Part shown: positions 41,817 to 52,938 of the stretch, in pieces
Position numbering within the stretch: position 1 is the stretch's first letter
Layout of the letters: each line of letters starts with the position of its first letter
Source of the DNA: Verrucomicrobiota bacterium
GTDB taxonomy: Bacteria; Verrucomicrobiota; Verrucomicrobiia; Limisphaerales; AAA164-E04
DNA: 64,000 nt
Direction of reading: 5' to 3'
NCBI GenBank assembly: GCA_047947115.1
Contig: CP170459.1
Span: 1,696,001 to 1,760,000, forward strand
Position numbers and translations under genes: made by a program
The notes under the pieces: model-generated
Database searches by the model: none
What the model was told of the DNA's origin: nothing
Seen by the model: only the letters and a program-made list of their open reading frames with translations

Positions 41817-42986
41817 TTATTTTTTACCTTTGGAAAGGATGTGAATGTTGTCAGCGCCGAGGGTCTGCTTTCCATCCAGTGTCCATCCATCCAAGTATAC
41901 CTGGATACATTCTCCGTCTTCAAGGGGGCGATCCAACATGGTTTCCAATGCGGAAAGCACTTCTTGCTTGTCGAAGTGCATGACCAGGTCTGTTGTGTCA
42001 TCCGATGAAGAACTCAGGCAATCGAGACAATCCATTGGCGGAATGGCTGGGAAATAGGGGGATGTCACATCCGCATAGCCTGTTCGCAAAGGCGCAACTG
42101 CCGCCAGGTTCAGTGAATCCAAATCCACTTCAGCTACAGAAAAGGAATCCGTTCCGGCAATGGCCACAGGGAGAACGCCGCGACTGCGGGTGTTTACAGG
42201 GTTCGGGCATGAAGGCGGCTTGATGTCCAATGCAATATTGATCGCATCACAAGCATCCCCGATTCCATCACCGTCACTGTCAGCTTGATCGGCATTGGCG
42301 GTGAATGGGCAGTTGTCAAGCGGGTCCGGGACACCATCCTCATCCTGATCTGCAAACTGGTCGGTGTCCAGAAAGACATAATCGACTGCCAGAAAGGGTT
42401 CGTTGGGTGCATCGATCTGCACGACCACTTCACCGTCCAGCATATCTACCCAGGTGACTGTTGCAAATGCGCTTTGAATCAGTCCGTCATCAGCTCTGGT
42501 CTGCGCTGTCAGTGGAACGCTGACACCCTCCACAATGAGTTGTGCCGGAATAACATCGTAATCCCCAAAAACGAAATTGATGAAATGATCCACGCCGTAG
42601 TCAATATCACCCAATACCGGTAGTGGGAAATTAAACGTGAAGCTTCTCAGATGTGAAGCGCCGGCGCCTTCCATGGCGATGTCTGTCCATTCCGCACCAT
42701 TGGTGGCCGAGAGTTCAGTGGCATCACGGTTGTCAAACGAATCACCACGGTTGACTGCGGTGATGCCGTCTTGATTCCGGTCCGGAAGGAACTCTCCGAC
42801 TTCAAGTAATCCGTCGCCATCCGTATCGGCGGGGGAGCCGTTTGCGGCAACGAGGCCGACTGTGGATGAAAACCCGAATCCATCAACATCGCCGATCAGG
42901 CTGTTGACGGCCTTGGTTTGGTAAGTGGTGAGCGCTGCGAAAACGCAGCCGAGTACGAGTGCGTGTCTGTTATTATAACGTTTCGT
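41817..42986 (-). CDS. Secreted protein with thrombospondin type-3 Ca-binding repeats; start codon is ACG (mutated or non-canonical)
   Basis: The frame stays open 104 codons upstream of the listed ATG: (ACG)[25 protein letters not shown] signal peptide. TSP3 '[35 protein letters not shown]'; C-terminal '[13 protein letters not shown]' domain. Confidence 0.7.
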   Translation of the reverse strand, partial: TKRYNNRHALVLGCVFAALTTYQTKAVNSLIGDVDGFGFSSTVGLVAANGSPADTDGDGLLEVGEFLPDRNQDGITAVNRGDSFDNRDATELSATNGAEWTDIAMEGAGASHLRSFTFNFPLPVLGDIDYGVDHFINFVFGDYDVIPAQLIVEGVSVPLTAQTRADDGLIQSAFATVTWVDMLDGEVVVQIDAPNEPFLAVDYVFLDTDQFADQDEDGVPDPLDNCPFTANADQADSDGDGIGDACDAINIALDIKPPSCPNPVNTRSRGVLPVAIAGTDSFSVAEVDLDSLNLAAVAPLRTGYADVTSPYFPAIPPMDCLDCLSSSSDDTTDLVMHFDKQEVLSALETMLDRPLEDGECIQVYLDGWTLDGKQTLGADNIHILSKGKK

Positions 42987-43171
42987 TGATTCTCATTTTG
43001 GTGACAAGATTGTCAATTGATGGAAGAGCAAACTCGATGCCAACGCAAAAATGAGAAATTATCATCAGGAAGATAAAAGGTTAAAATCATTGAAAATCCG
43101 CCAAGCGTTTGTTACAGTCGTTTTCTTCTCTTCAAGAAGACCAAGGAGTAAAAATACAACCAACAGAAAAA

Positions 43172-44486
43172 ATGAAACATCAAACAACCGTTGATGGATG
43201 CGTACGCGTATCCTGGAAGGTGTACCTGCTGTGTACGCTGCTCGCACTTCAGGCAAACATTATGACCGCCCAGGGCAATCGGCCCGCGCAGGCAGGTCGG
43301 AATCAAATAGAAATCACCAGTGCTGAACCCGATCTGGATGCTGATACACTTCTTATCACAGGTCGGCACTTGGGCAGCATTTTTAACGGAAGCGTCCAGT
43401 TGTATCTCGCGGAAGATGGATTTATCTGTAATTGATTTCAGCCCGTTAACCCAACAGATCCTCGTTGAACTTCCCGACGGCTTGGAAGCTTACGCCGGAT
43501 CTCATTTGCTCATTGTGCATTCCGGGAACGGAGCCAATGGAATGGATGCATTCAATATCACGTTCGGAACTGTTGGCCCTTCCGGACCTCTGGGACCTCA
43601 AGGCGAACCCGGTCCGAAGGGGGACAAAGGAGATACAGGTGATCAAGGACCAAAAGGAGACACGGGAGACGCTGGTCCACAGGGTGATCAGGGTGATCAG
43701 GGACCGCAAGGCGAGGTAGGCCCGAAGGGGGATGCTGGAGATACCGGACCGACTGGCCCGAAGGGGGACAAAGGTGACAAGGGAGATCAAGGAGAGAAGG
43801 GCGACACCGGCGACAAAGGTGAAAAAGGCGATCCGGGGGATCAAGGCCCCAAAGGAGATCCTGGAGCAACAGGCCCTCAGGGCATTCAAGGGATTCAAGG
43901 GATTCAAGGGATTCAAGGTCCGAAGGGTGATAAGGGAGATCAAGGTGATCCAGGAACACCAGGTGCGGGCGTGCCCTTAACGAGCACACCTGGAAACATT
44001 CTTCGTTCGGATGGAGTGCAGTGGGTGGAAGTTCCATTTCCCACGACTTCCACTGGCAACACAGGTGGTAATCAGCCCTTCAGTGTGCGCGACCCATCTC
44101 TAGCGGTGAACTATATCATTGCTCTTCAGGGGCTATTTCCTTCCCGATCGAGTGCCGATCCCTTCATAGGCGAAATCATCATGTTCGGAGGTAATTTTGC
44201 ACCTCGGGGTTGGGCTTTTTGCGATGGACAATTACTTCCTATCTCAAGCTACAGCGCCTTGTTCTCCATATTGGGTACCACTTTTGGAGGAGATGGTCGT
44301 ACAACCTTTGCTCTCCCGGATTTGAGGGGACGCGCAGCGATACACGAAGGTTCTGGTCCTGGATTGTCGAGCGTTTCATTGGGGCAAAGAATCGGGAGTT
44401 TGGATGCCACATTGAATGTCAATCATTTGCCCGCACACAATCACTCACTCAATGTTGATGATGCCCCGGTTCCGGCTACTCCATAA
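43172..44486 (+). pseudogene. Collagen triple-helix + phage tail-collar domain protein, frameshifted near 43420-43435
   Basis: Signal peptide and IPT-like start (43172-43435), then a long G-X-Y run and '[27 protein letters not shown]...FALPDLRGR' in another frame. Confidence 0.8.
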
Positions 44487-44588
44487 GGATTGCCTGGCCA
44501 GGAATGGCATGTGGAACTGACATCATCCGGAGAGCCTGAAGAAGGAGTTGCTTGAACGGATTAACAAAGTTCAGAATGAATCACTCAA

Positions 44589-44627
44589 GGGTCTGGAGGA
44601 CGTTGTGGCTCACTCCAGACCCATTTT
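44589..44627 (+). terminator. Possible terminator hairpin
   Basis: gggtctggag...ctccagaccc followed by atttt. Confidence 0.45.
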
Positions 44628-44648
44628 AACTCATCTCACTTTTCTAGT

Positions 44649-46376
44649 ATGGGAGTCATTTCGTTTATCGTAAGATGGAAGATTAGTTTGCTTATATGTT
44701 TGATTACCTTCGTAAGGTTATGTGTTTGCGGGCAACCATCGACCCAACCGTGGCACCTTTCCGCTGTCAACCTTCCTGCGAAAATGGGCATTCAAAAAAA
44801 TGGGAACCCGATTGTAGTCGCCATTGTTGATGACGGCATGCGTGGGACGCATGAAAGGATCCAACCATTTCTCTGGCGCAACCCGGGAGAAGTTCCATTC
44901 AACGGTGTCGATGATGATCAAAATGGATTTGTTGATGATGTGGCGGGATGGGATGTATCCGATGATGATCCCAATACGACGCCTCCACCGACGCGTCTTG
45001 AGGAATTTTACCACGGGACGCATCTTGCCGGAGTGGTTGCTCAAATGGCGAACAGGGTTTTGGGGGAAGAAGCCCACAACTATATCAAGATCCTTCCTGT
45101 CAAATCCATTTCCGATTACTCGCAGCGAAGCTATTTGAAAGAAGGTTACAAAGGAATTGAATATGCCGTCTCCGTTGGGGCTGACATCATATTATGTGCC
45201 TGGAATGTCGGGCGCATCAAAGCCGACGAAGCCAGAATCTTGCAGCAGGCGGCTCAAAAAGGGTGTTTCGTTGTCGGTGCCGCTGGAAATTATCCCGACA
45301 ATAAGGAAGTTTTCCCTGCGGCATACGAGACCGTTTTTGCCGTCGCGGGGCTGGACCGCATCAACCAGAAAATGCCTGAATCCAACTACGGCACGTTTGT
45401 TGATTTATCCGCTCCCGGCGTCGATATTCTCGGTGCTGGAACGGTATCCGATCAGGCGGTCCTATTCAAGACAGGCACTTCCCAAGCGTCCGCCATTGTT
45501 GCCTGCGCGGCGGCATTGCTTAAAGTGTTGCACCCTCATTACACACGATTGGAAATGGAGATGGCATTGAAAAATGTGTCCCAACCTCTGGCGATGGATA
45601 ATCCTCTTTGGAATGCGAGACTGGGCAGTGGAAGATTGGACGTTGCAGCGACCTTGGCATCAGACGCCTTGTCACCGCGCCATTCCGGCAAGGAAAACCT
45701 TGAGCGTTCACAGGGGTTCTTACACTATCGCTCAATTGACGACCTGACTCCGGTAACCTGGGAGATCAAACATGAAGCAACAGCGAACGGAACTTGGCTT
45801 TCCATGGCTTTTATGAACGCCTTGCCAGGTGATGGTTTGCTCCAGATATTTCCAACCCATAATGGCGTTCCCCAAGCAGACAAAAGACAATCGATTCGCT
45901 TGGGAGACATGCATGCTCCGTTATGGATTGAAGGCGCTTCCCCTGTGGTGATGTTCTACCCTGACAAGGAAGTTTCATCACTGGAATGGGTGATGCGTTA
46001 CCAGATGCAACCGAACGATTTGACAACAAGATTTTGTGAAGGTGTCCTGCAATTATCCCAACCTGGTATCATAGAAGATGGCAGTGGTGATGCCCCATAT
46101 TCCCCACATACAAACTGCAAATGGCATATCACCGCGCCGGAAGGAAAAGTTGTTCGATTTCACTTTTTAAAATTCGACACCGAACCCAATAACGATTCCC
46201 TTTACTTTTTCAACGGCAGGGAAACACAGAAAAACACCCTTGCCATTTTTAGCGGTCAAAATGTTCCATCCGACTTCGATTCGCCGGGATCCGACGTCAT
46301 CATCTGGTTTCTCTCGGATGATCACAACCAGGCCGATGGGTGGAAACTGGAGTATGAGTTCGTGACACACCATTAG
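44649..46376 (+). CDS. S8 subtilase with C-terminal CUB domain
   Basis: Triad 'AIVDDG', 'HGTHLAG', 'GTSQAS'; 'NGVDDDQNGFVDD' insert; CUB 'YSPHTNCKWHITAP...FDTE...D...FLSD...GW'. Confidence 0.9.
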   Translation: MGVISFIVRWKISLLICLITFVRLCVCGQPSTQPWHLSAVNLPAKMGIQKNGNPIVVAIVDDGMRGTHERIQPFLWRNPGEVPFNGVDDDQNGFVDDVAGWDVSDDDPNTTPPPTRLEEFYHGTHLAGVVAQMANRVLGEEAHNYIKILPVKSISDYSQRSYLKEGYKGIEYAVSVGADIILCAWNVGRIKADEARILQQAAQKGCFVVGAAGNYPDNKEVFPAAYETVFAVAGLDRINQKMPESNYGTFVDLSAPGVDILGAGTVSDQAVLFKTGTSQASAIVACAAALLKVLHPHYTRLEMEMALKNVSQPLAMDNPLWNARLGSGRLDVAATLASDALSPRHSGKENLERSQGFLHYRSIDDLTPVTWEIKHEATANGTWLSMAFMNALPGDGLLQIFPTHNGVPQADKRQSIRLGDMHAPLWIEGASPVVMFYPDKEVSSLEWVMRYQMQPNDLTTRFCEGVLQLSQPGIIEDGSGDAPYSPHTNCKWHITAPEGKVVRFHFLKFDTEPNNDSLYFFNGRETQKNTLAIFSGQNVPSDFDSPGSDVIIWFLSDDHNQADGWKLEYEFVTHH

Positions 46377-46668
46377 CTTTCAACTCAGCGAGATTGGAAA
46401 GATGGATGCAACACGACTATTTGTTCATCCGCTTTGCATTTAGAAGCGATAAGCCAAGGTGCCTATCACGGAGAAATCAGCAAAAGCAGCATCACCATGG
46501 ACTCGGTTTCCGGGAGTGAAGTTTTCTTTGTCAGTCAGGCTTTGAACGCGATCTCGCAGCACAGCTACGGGTGTTGTTAATGAAAATTGCCAAGTATGAG
46601 ATGCGAGAACGCTACCCGTTTCTACCGAAAGCGTGTAACCTGGGCGCCTGAAACCTTTGCTGCCGTTT

Positions 46669-48723
46669 TTACTCCTGTGATATGAGTTGGAAGAATGTGG
46701 TTTCGGTAACTTGAATCGTTACGCTGGATGTCCCGTCGACGGTAGTCGGTTCTGTCGGGAAAGGGCTCCATGCGCCGGAGTTCAAATCCGACGTTGATTC
46801 GAGTTGGAAGTCTGCCGAATCCCCCGGCCATTGAATGGTGATTTCACCTGCTTCAGTGCGGCTGATTGCCAAAGCAGGTGTATTGTCCATGGGTTTGCAC
46901 TCTTCCAAAGGATTGATCCCCGCAAATGGTCCGCAAGGTCGGATCACGCCGTATTGGATGCGTGTGAAGTAGATCTTGTCGGTGAATACGAAGCGCGCTG
47001 CCGCCTGCGGGCCTTGGTTGACTCCGTTGAATTTCAGATTAGGGATTTCAAAATAGGCCTCCCGCCAGGTCCCGGTTCCTTCAAGCGTTGCGACTCTGTC
47101 TCCGGGAGTGAATCCGAAGGTGGTCAGTCCTCCAAGTTCCGTTTGGTAAACTTCGGGGCGAAAGGTGGCGCCGGTCAATTCCGGATCGTCATAATAGGTG
47201 ACGCAGATAGAAATGTGCGCATTGGGTTGGCTGGTCGGGCCGAACACTTCATCCTGAATGGCAAAGTTCATGTAGATATGGGGGAATCCGGGTGTGCCGT
47301 CATCCATGGCGGGGCGAACCGCTAGGCGCCGATCTCCGTCAGGTCCTGCTTCTTCCGTGATCATTTCCTGGTCGCCGCCATTGTTGCCCGCACCGAGGCC
47401 GTTCTGGATCTCGTTGTGCAGATCGTATTCAGCAAAGTTTCCGTAGAGGTCGGTGCAGATGGCGGGGTCTTCGAAACAATCGGTGAGGGGATCCTGTCCT
47501 GCCAAAGGATGTTCGCCGTCTCTGAGAATGGCCATATCCACGCGTGAGACGTAGAGACCGGTAGTTTCAAACATCAGGCGTGGTCCACCTGTCAGGTTGC
47601 CTGTGTTGACGCCTTTCAGATTCACGTCTGGAATGCGGAACGCGATCTTGCGCCATTCGCCGGATCCCTGGGTGACCCAAAGCTTGTTGGCCGGGAATAT
47701 ATCGATTCCCCCCTGTGCATCGGTAGCAAACGCTTCGGGACCGAATGAAATGCCGGTGAGTTCCGGATCATCATAATACTCGACGCATACCTTCACAACG
47801 ACCGGATCATTACAGGCTTTGCCTAGGTATTCTTCAGTGATGCCGAAATTCATATACATGCCATCGACGGTGGCCGCGCGGCGCCTGTCACCGGCCGGTC
47901 CGACGTTGGTGGCGATGCTCACATTCTGATCTCCGTTGTCGAGTAACTCCAGGTGATCGGCTGTTTCATTGGCCAGGTCGATCCATACATGGTTGGTTTC
48001 GGGTGGAGGTTCGCAAAAATCCTTGTCTAGAAACTGGTTGATTTCCTCCGGTTCGCCAAAGGCTCCCTCTTCGCCGAACGCCACCACACGCACGGTCAAT
48101 CCTGGAACGCCTTGAAATCGGATGGTGCCTCCGTTCACGCCACCGGCGCTGATGTTGCCTTGTGCATTGTCTGCGGGCTGATCAACGTAGCTGCCGCCAT
48201 CGGGGCGTATACCGTTTTCAATGCGGAACAATCCCCAATTCCACTTCCCATTGTTGGCTTCGACGGGGAGGGTGCCGCCTGTCACATTGTTCAGATTGCC
48301 GTCCGGCCCGTCAGGGAGGGTGCCGGTGAGGAAATCAAAATTGCGCGGGGTGCCGTCCGCCGCCAAGATTGAATCGTCGCCATAGAACTGGATCAGGATA
48401 TCAATGACGGGCTTATCGGCCCAGTCGAAATAAAAGGCGTCGGCGATGTTGAGGTAGTTTCCCAAAACCCGCGTGCCGCGTGCTCCGCCGATGACAACGC
48501 TGCGTGTTGCCTGGTCTCCGCCACTCAGTACGGTCAGATCTCCTTCAAACCAATTGTTGCCGAGTGGTTCATAGATCGCGTCCGGATCAGTGACGACGTA
48601 ATGCACTTCTTTTGAAGCGTCGGCAGTGGCCGGCCAATCGTCCGGAGAAAAGGGGCCTTGCTGGGCCAGGGTTCCGGTGATGCCGAGTGCAAGTAGAAGT
48701 GAGGCAACTGAAGTCTGTTTCAT
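46669..48723 (-). CDS. Secreted protein with three repeated beta-sandwich modules and C-terminal SxDLxxW domain
   Basis: Signal peptide; repeats 'YMNF.I.....CVEYYDDPELTG...G.G.WR...F.IP'; tail 'FQLESTSDLNSGAW...TFFQL'. Confidence 0.75.
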   Translation of the reverse strand: MKQTSVASLLLALGITGTLAQQGPFSPDDWPATADASKEVHYVVTDPDAIYEPLGNNWFEGDLTVLSGGDQATRSVVIGGARGTRVLGNYLNIADAFYFDWADKPVIDILIQFYGDDSILAADGTPRNFDFLTGTLPDGPDGNLNNVTGGTLPVEANNGKWNWGLFRIENGIRPDGGSYVDQPADNAQGNISAGGVNGGTIRFQGVPGLTVRVVAFGEEGAFGEPEEINQFLDKDFCEPPPETNHVWIDLANETADHLELLDNGDQNVSIATNVGPAGDRRRAATVDGMYMNFGITEEYLGKACNDPVVVKVCVEYYDDPELTGISFGPEAFATDAQGGIDIFPANKLWVTQGSGEWRKIAFRIPDVNLKGVNTGNLTGGPRLMFETTGLYVSRVDMAILRDGEHPLAGQDPLTDCFEDPAICTDLYGNFAEYDLHNEIQNGLGAGNNGGDQEMITEEAGPDGDRRLAVRPAMDDGTPGFPHIYMNFAIQDEVFGPTSQPNAHISICVTYYDDPELTGATFRPEVYQTELGGLTTFGFTPGDRVATLEGTGTWREAYFEIPNLKFNGVNQGPQAAARFVFTDKIYFTRIQYGVIRPCGPFAGINPLEECKPMDNTPALAISRTEAGEITIQWPGDSADFQLESTSDLNSGAWSPFPTEPTTVDGTSSVTIQVTETTFFQLISQE

Positions 48724-48793
48724 GATATTCCTGTTGTTGATTCATTCATGACGCAATAAGCCGCTTGCGCGCTGTCTGATCGTTTCTGAATGC

Positions 48794-50665
48794 TTGAATT
48801 CAAGCTTTGGCCGGACTAAAAGTAAAGACATTAACACGTCCAGGTTCATTGGGAATTCCATCAACGCGAATGCATGCTTGTTCGCGGTTGTCTGGTTTGC
48901 GTGTGTGGCGATGGTTCGATCGGCAGAACCTGAGAACGTCCGTTTCAATGAAGCTCCCGGTGAATTTGTTAACTTTCCGAAAGAGCCAATCGACGACTTG
49001 GCATCCTGGACGACTCATGATCGGGTGATCATGACGCCCTACTTCTACTGGTATGATGTCTGGACCCAAGCGCATCTGCTGAATCCCGACCACTCAGACG
49101 CTCTCACAACACATCCGGCCACCTTGACAGGATTTTCCTATAAATCGGTTCAGTGGCATAAATCGCAACTGCTCGATATGGAAGCTGCCGGCATTGACGT
49201 TGTGCTGCCGGTTTACTGGGGTGATCCATCTCAATTGGCGGAAATTGGACCTTCCCACTGGAGCTATGCCGGGATACCTCCCTTGGTTGTCGCACGCGAA
49301 GAGCTGTTGAATGAGGGGAAATCACCTCCGCTCATCGGCATGTTTTATGACACCACCACACTGGAGCATAACGTCTGGAACGAGAAGATCGACCTGACCA
49401 CTCCTCGTGGGAGGGCTTGGTATTACGAATCCATCCGTGATTACTTTTCATACGTGCCTTCCAAGCACTGGGCCATGATCGATCATCAGCCGATCATCTT
49501 CACCTGGGTGTCCAGTTGGGCAAAAGCATACGATCAGTCTCATGTCACCGAATCCAAAAGAAGATTTGCTGAAGATTTCGGTGGGAGACCTTTCTACCTC
49601 GTTAAAGAGATTTCTTGGAATATCGAGTCGGATGATGTCTACGCATGGGGCGGGGCTTTTGGTTTGAGGCCGCTCAGTGTGGCGTCCCTCGGTCCCGGGT
49701 ATGACCATTCCAATGTGCCGGGACGGGATCCGGTTATCATTGATCGTGAGGATGGAGCTTTTTTCGAACGGAACTGGATCCGATTGCTTCGTTCCGGATT
49801 CAATCGCGTCATGATTGAAACGTGGAATGAATACCATGAGGGTACGGATATCTCGCATTCACTGGAATACGGTCGTCAATACATTGATCTCAACCGGCAG
49901 TACGCAGACCTTTTCAAAGAGAGATTTGTTCCGCCTCCCGTGGATGGGCCGTACGCCGAGTCAACGAAGGTTGATCTTGATTTTGCACATCCTAAAAATC
50001 CGGAAGCCATTCAATGGCTGGATTGGAGCGATGGTCCATCAGAACTGGTCTGGAACGACGGTGAAGCCTGCCGCAGATTCAAATCGGATTCTGATGACGT
50101 TTCCTACCTCTACTTTCGCGTGCATGATTCATTTCGGTGGGCAGGAACGCTGAATTTGAAACTACGTGTCACAGCGGAAGTTGATCGGAATGCCGCGTTG
50201 GACGTTCAGTTTGATGGATCCGATGCGATGGCGCCGTTCATGGGGGCGTATACTTCGGCACCGGTGGCCCTCAAGATCAGGGTGGCGCCTGATGTGTTGA
50301 CCTATGAATTTGATCTCAAGGACGCGCGTTTTTTGAATTCACAAAATGGCGGGGCCGACTTCAGGCTTCAAAAACTGAGGGGAAGTATTTGCATTCGATC
50401 TCTGGAGTTAATAAAGCCATTGGAAAACGGTAACAATGTCAGCCTTGGGCCTGGAATATCGATCGAATCCATTTCAGATACAAGCTTGTCGATAAAGGTG
50501 CAGGGCGTGTCTGGAACAAGATATGTTGTCGAATCTTCGCGAAACCTCAACGAATGGAGCCCTCTGTCCTCTTTGTTGATTGAGGACAATCGGGCAGTTG
50601 GCGAATTGAGCGTTCCAATCCGCTGGTCCATGCAATATTTCCGAGTGCGTCCCGCGTACCAGTAG
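48794..50665 (+). CDS. Secreted GH99-like (DUF5010-type) glycoside hydrolase with accessory module and C-terminal SxxLxxW domain
   Basis: 'PYFYWYD', 'AGIDVVLPVYWG', 'GMFYDT', 'GPGYD', 'IETWNEYHEGTDI'; tail 'YVVESSRNLNEW...QYFRVR'. Confidence 0.75.
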   Translation: MNSSFGRTKSKDINTSRFIGNSINANACLFAVVWFACVAMVRSAEPENVRFNEAPGEFVNFPKEPIDDLASWTTHDRVIMTPYFYWYDVWTQAHLLNPDHSDALTTHPATLTGFSYKSVQWHKSQLLDMEAAGIDVVLPVYWGDPSQLAEIGPSHWSYAGIPPLVVAREELLNEGKSPPLIGMFYDTTTLEHNVWNEKIDLTTPRGRAWYYESIRDYFSYVPSKHWAMIDHQPIIFTWVSSWAKAYDQSHVTESKRRFAEDFGGRPFYLVKEISWNIESDDVYAWGGAFGLRPLSVASLGPGYDHSNVPGRDPVIIDREDGAFFERNWIRLLRSGFNRVMIETWNEYHEGTDISHSLEYGRQYIDLNRQYADLFKERFVPPPVDGPYAESTKVDLDFAHPKNPEAIQWLDWSDGPSELVWNDGEACRRFKSDSDDVSYLYFRVHDSFRWAGTLNLKLRVTAEVDRNAALDVQFDGSDAMAPFMGAYTSAPVALKIRVAPDVLTYEFDLKDARFLNSQNGGADFRLQKLRGSICIRSLELIKPLENGNNVSLGPGISIESISDTSLSIKVQGVSGTRYVVESSRNLNEWSPLSSLLIEDNRAVGELSVPIRWSMQYFRVRPAYQ

Positions 50666-50790
50666 ACGTGTTGCCTGGAAGATGACAGCCTCGCAGACGA
50701 TCTCTTGAAACAGTGCCCAATGAATGATTGTAACCATCGTTTGTTTCGCCACGTCTTTTGGAATCGCGGCAATGAGTGATCTAATACGAC

Positions 50791-52563
50791 ATGTTGCACC
50801 AAATACGTTCAACCAAACAAAAAATGGTAACCACGATGAAAAGAATCAAAAATGATGAAATGAATAGCCGTTCATCCGGGCTACTTCGAAAAGGATCCCT
50901 AAAGGTGGCCTGCACTCTTCAGTTAAGCGGGATGTGTTCGCTCCTGTTACTGTTTGGGCATGTATCCAAGGCGCAACCAACAGGTCCCTTTGGAGGCCCT
51001 CCCGGGCGCGGGCCGGGTGGTGGAAATCAACAACGCGAGATTGTTGATCAATTCGACATGGATGGGGATGGACGCCTTAACGCGGAGGAACGTGCTCAGG
51101 CAGTCGAGTTCATGAAGGCAAATCCTCAAGGTCGAGGTGGAGGCGGCCTTCGTTTTCGCGGTCCGGGTGATGGACGTGGTCCCGGCCGTGGACCGGGTGG
51201 ATTTCGCGGCCCCGGAAGGCGGGGAGGTCCGGGAGGTCCGGGGGGAATGGGACCCGGTGGACCCGGTGGACGTGGCGGACGTGGCGGACGTGGCGGACGT
51301 GGCGAAATCAGACCACTTGCTACAAAGGGTATTTCCCTGACGCCTGATGACGTGAAACACTATCTGGATGCACCTCTCTACGATGCCTCCGTACTGCGCA
51401 CTTTCTTCATCGATTTTGAGAATCCTGACTGGGAGACGGAAATGGTGGCATTTAACAATACCGATGTTGATGTTCCAGCCAAGGTGACGGTTGATGGCAA
51501 AGTGTATCCCGATGTGGGAATTCATTTTCGCGGCAACTCTTCTTTTGGCGTGGGTGATGGCTACAAACGTTCACTCAACCTGAGCTTTGATTTTGTGCAC
51601 CAAGGACAGTCGGTTCATGGATACCGCACTTTGAATTTCCTGAACGCGAATGAGGATCCGACCTTTCTGCACACCGTGTTGTCGCTCCGTATCGCCCGCG
51701 AATACATCCCGGCTCCTAAAGCCAATCTGGTGCGTGTAGTGATCAACGGGGAGAACTGGGGGATCTACGCCAACCAGCAACAGTTCAACAAAGATTTCCT
51801 TCAAGACTTTTTCGACACCAAGAAGGGCACACGTTGGAAAGTACCGCAAGGAGGGGCTCGCAATGGCATCGGTGCCTTCCGTTATGCCGGAGATGATGTG
51901 GATGCCTATCGAAACGTGTTTCAGATCAAGTCCAAAGACAAACCTGAAGCTTGGCAAGCCATCATTGGTTTGGCGGAAACTCTCGATCAAACACCTCTGG
52001 AAGTCTTGGAGTCAGCTTTGGCGGACAAATTGGATGTGGACAGTTACCTTCGCTTTCTGGCGCTCGACAATGCCTTGGTAAGCGGCGATGGATTCTGGAC
52101 ACGCGGAGCCGATTATACCATTTATCTGGATCCGGACGGGAGATTTCATTTTGTACCATACGACATGAACGAAATGTTCAGTTCCCATGGAGGAGGACGA
52201 GGGCCTGGAGGTGGTGGAGGAAATTACCAAGGTGGTACCGGAGTCGCACTTGAGCCTCTCGCAGGATTGTCTGATCCTCAAAAACCTATCATTTACCAGT
52301 TACTGTCGGTGCCTTCGTTGCAAGAAAAATACCTTGGATATGTTCGTGCGATTGCCGAAAACCACCTCGACTGGAATACCATTGGCCCATGGGTGAATCA
52401 ATACCGTGAACTGATTCAGGAAGATGTCCAGCGAGACACTCGCAAACTTTTCACAACTGAAGCATTCCTGAGCGGGACAGCCGATGTTTCATCGGGAGAG
52501 AGCCTGAGAGCATTCTTCGATCAACGCCGCGCGTTTCTGCTCAAACACAAAGATCTTCAGTAA
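50791..52563 (+). CDS. CotH-family kinase with EF-hand and Gly/Arg-rich region
   Basis: 'FDMDGDGRLNAEE', 'VGIHFRGNSS', 'KRSLNL', 'VVINGENWGIY', 'FHFVPYDMNE'. Start position uncertain. Confidence 0.88.
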   Translation: MLHQIRSTKQKMVTTMKRIKNDEMNSRSSGLLRKGSLKVACTLQLSGMCSLLLLFGHVSKAQPTGPFGGPPGRGPGGGNQQREIVDQFDMDGDGRLNAEERAQAVEFMKANPQGRGGGGLRFRGPGDGRGPGRGPGGFRGPGRRGGPGGPGGMGPGGPGGRGGRGGRGGRGEIRPLATKGISLTPDDVKHYLDAPLYDASVLRTFFIDFENPDWETEMVAFNNTDVDVPAKVTVDGKVYPDVGIHFRGNSSFGVGDGYKRSLNLSFDFVHQGQSVHGYRTLNFLNANEDPTFLHTVLSLRIAREYIPAPKANLVRVVINGENWGIYANQQQFNKDFLQDFFDTKKGTRWKVPQGGARNGIGAFRYAGDDVDAYRNVFQIKSKDKPEAWQAIIGLAETLDQTPLEVLESALADKLDVDSYLRFLALDNALVSGDGFWTRGADYTIYLDPDGRFHFVPYDMNEMFSSHGGGRGPGGGGGNYQGGTGVALEPLAGLSDPQKPIIYQLLSVPSLQEKYLGYVRAIAENHLDWNTIGPWVNQYRELIQEDVQRDTRKLFTTEAFLSGTADVSSGESLRAFFDQRRAFLLKHKDLQ

Positions 52564-52616
52564 AACGAATCACATAGCCCAGCGTCTGCTTTCGCAAAAA
52601 AGCAGTCATAAAAGTT

Positions 52617-52664
52617 GATCCGATCTACCCGGGGAGTCGCCTGACCCTGTGGGTGGATCGGATC
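52617..52664. other. Intergenic hairpin
   Basis: gatccgatctaccc...gggtggatcggatc near-perfect 14-bp stem after the cotH gene. Confidence 0.5.
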
Positions 52665-52938
52665 GGTTGCATGAACTCTTGACAAGGCCATCCTCAAAAT
52701 CTTTCAGCTACTTGCTTTGCAACATGACGGATGGCGTTGTTTCGCTTTTGCCTCTGGTGTTCCTTTTGTTGAGGCTCACTTGTTGGGTAAAGTGCTTGGG
52801 ATCCTGTGTGTTTTTCGGATGTTGTTGAAGTAGTTTACGTTGATGAAGTGGATGATGCCGAGGACCAGCATGACCACGGCTAGTTTTGTGGCAGCATATT
52901 CGATGCCTTCGGTTATGTTGCTCCAGGGTTATAGGTAG

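Noticed and set aside
43172..44486. Prophage tail gene
   Set aside because: It has a signal peptide and no neighbouring phage structural genes.
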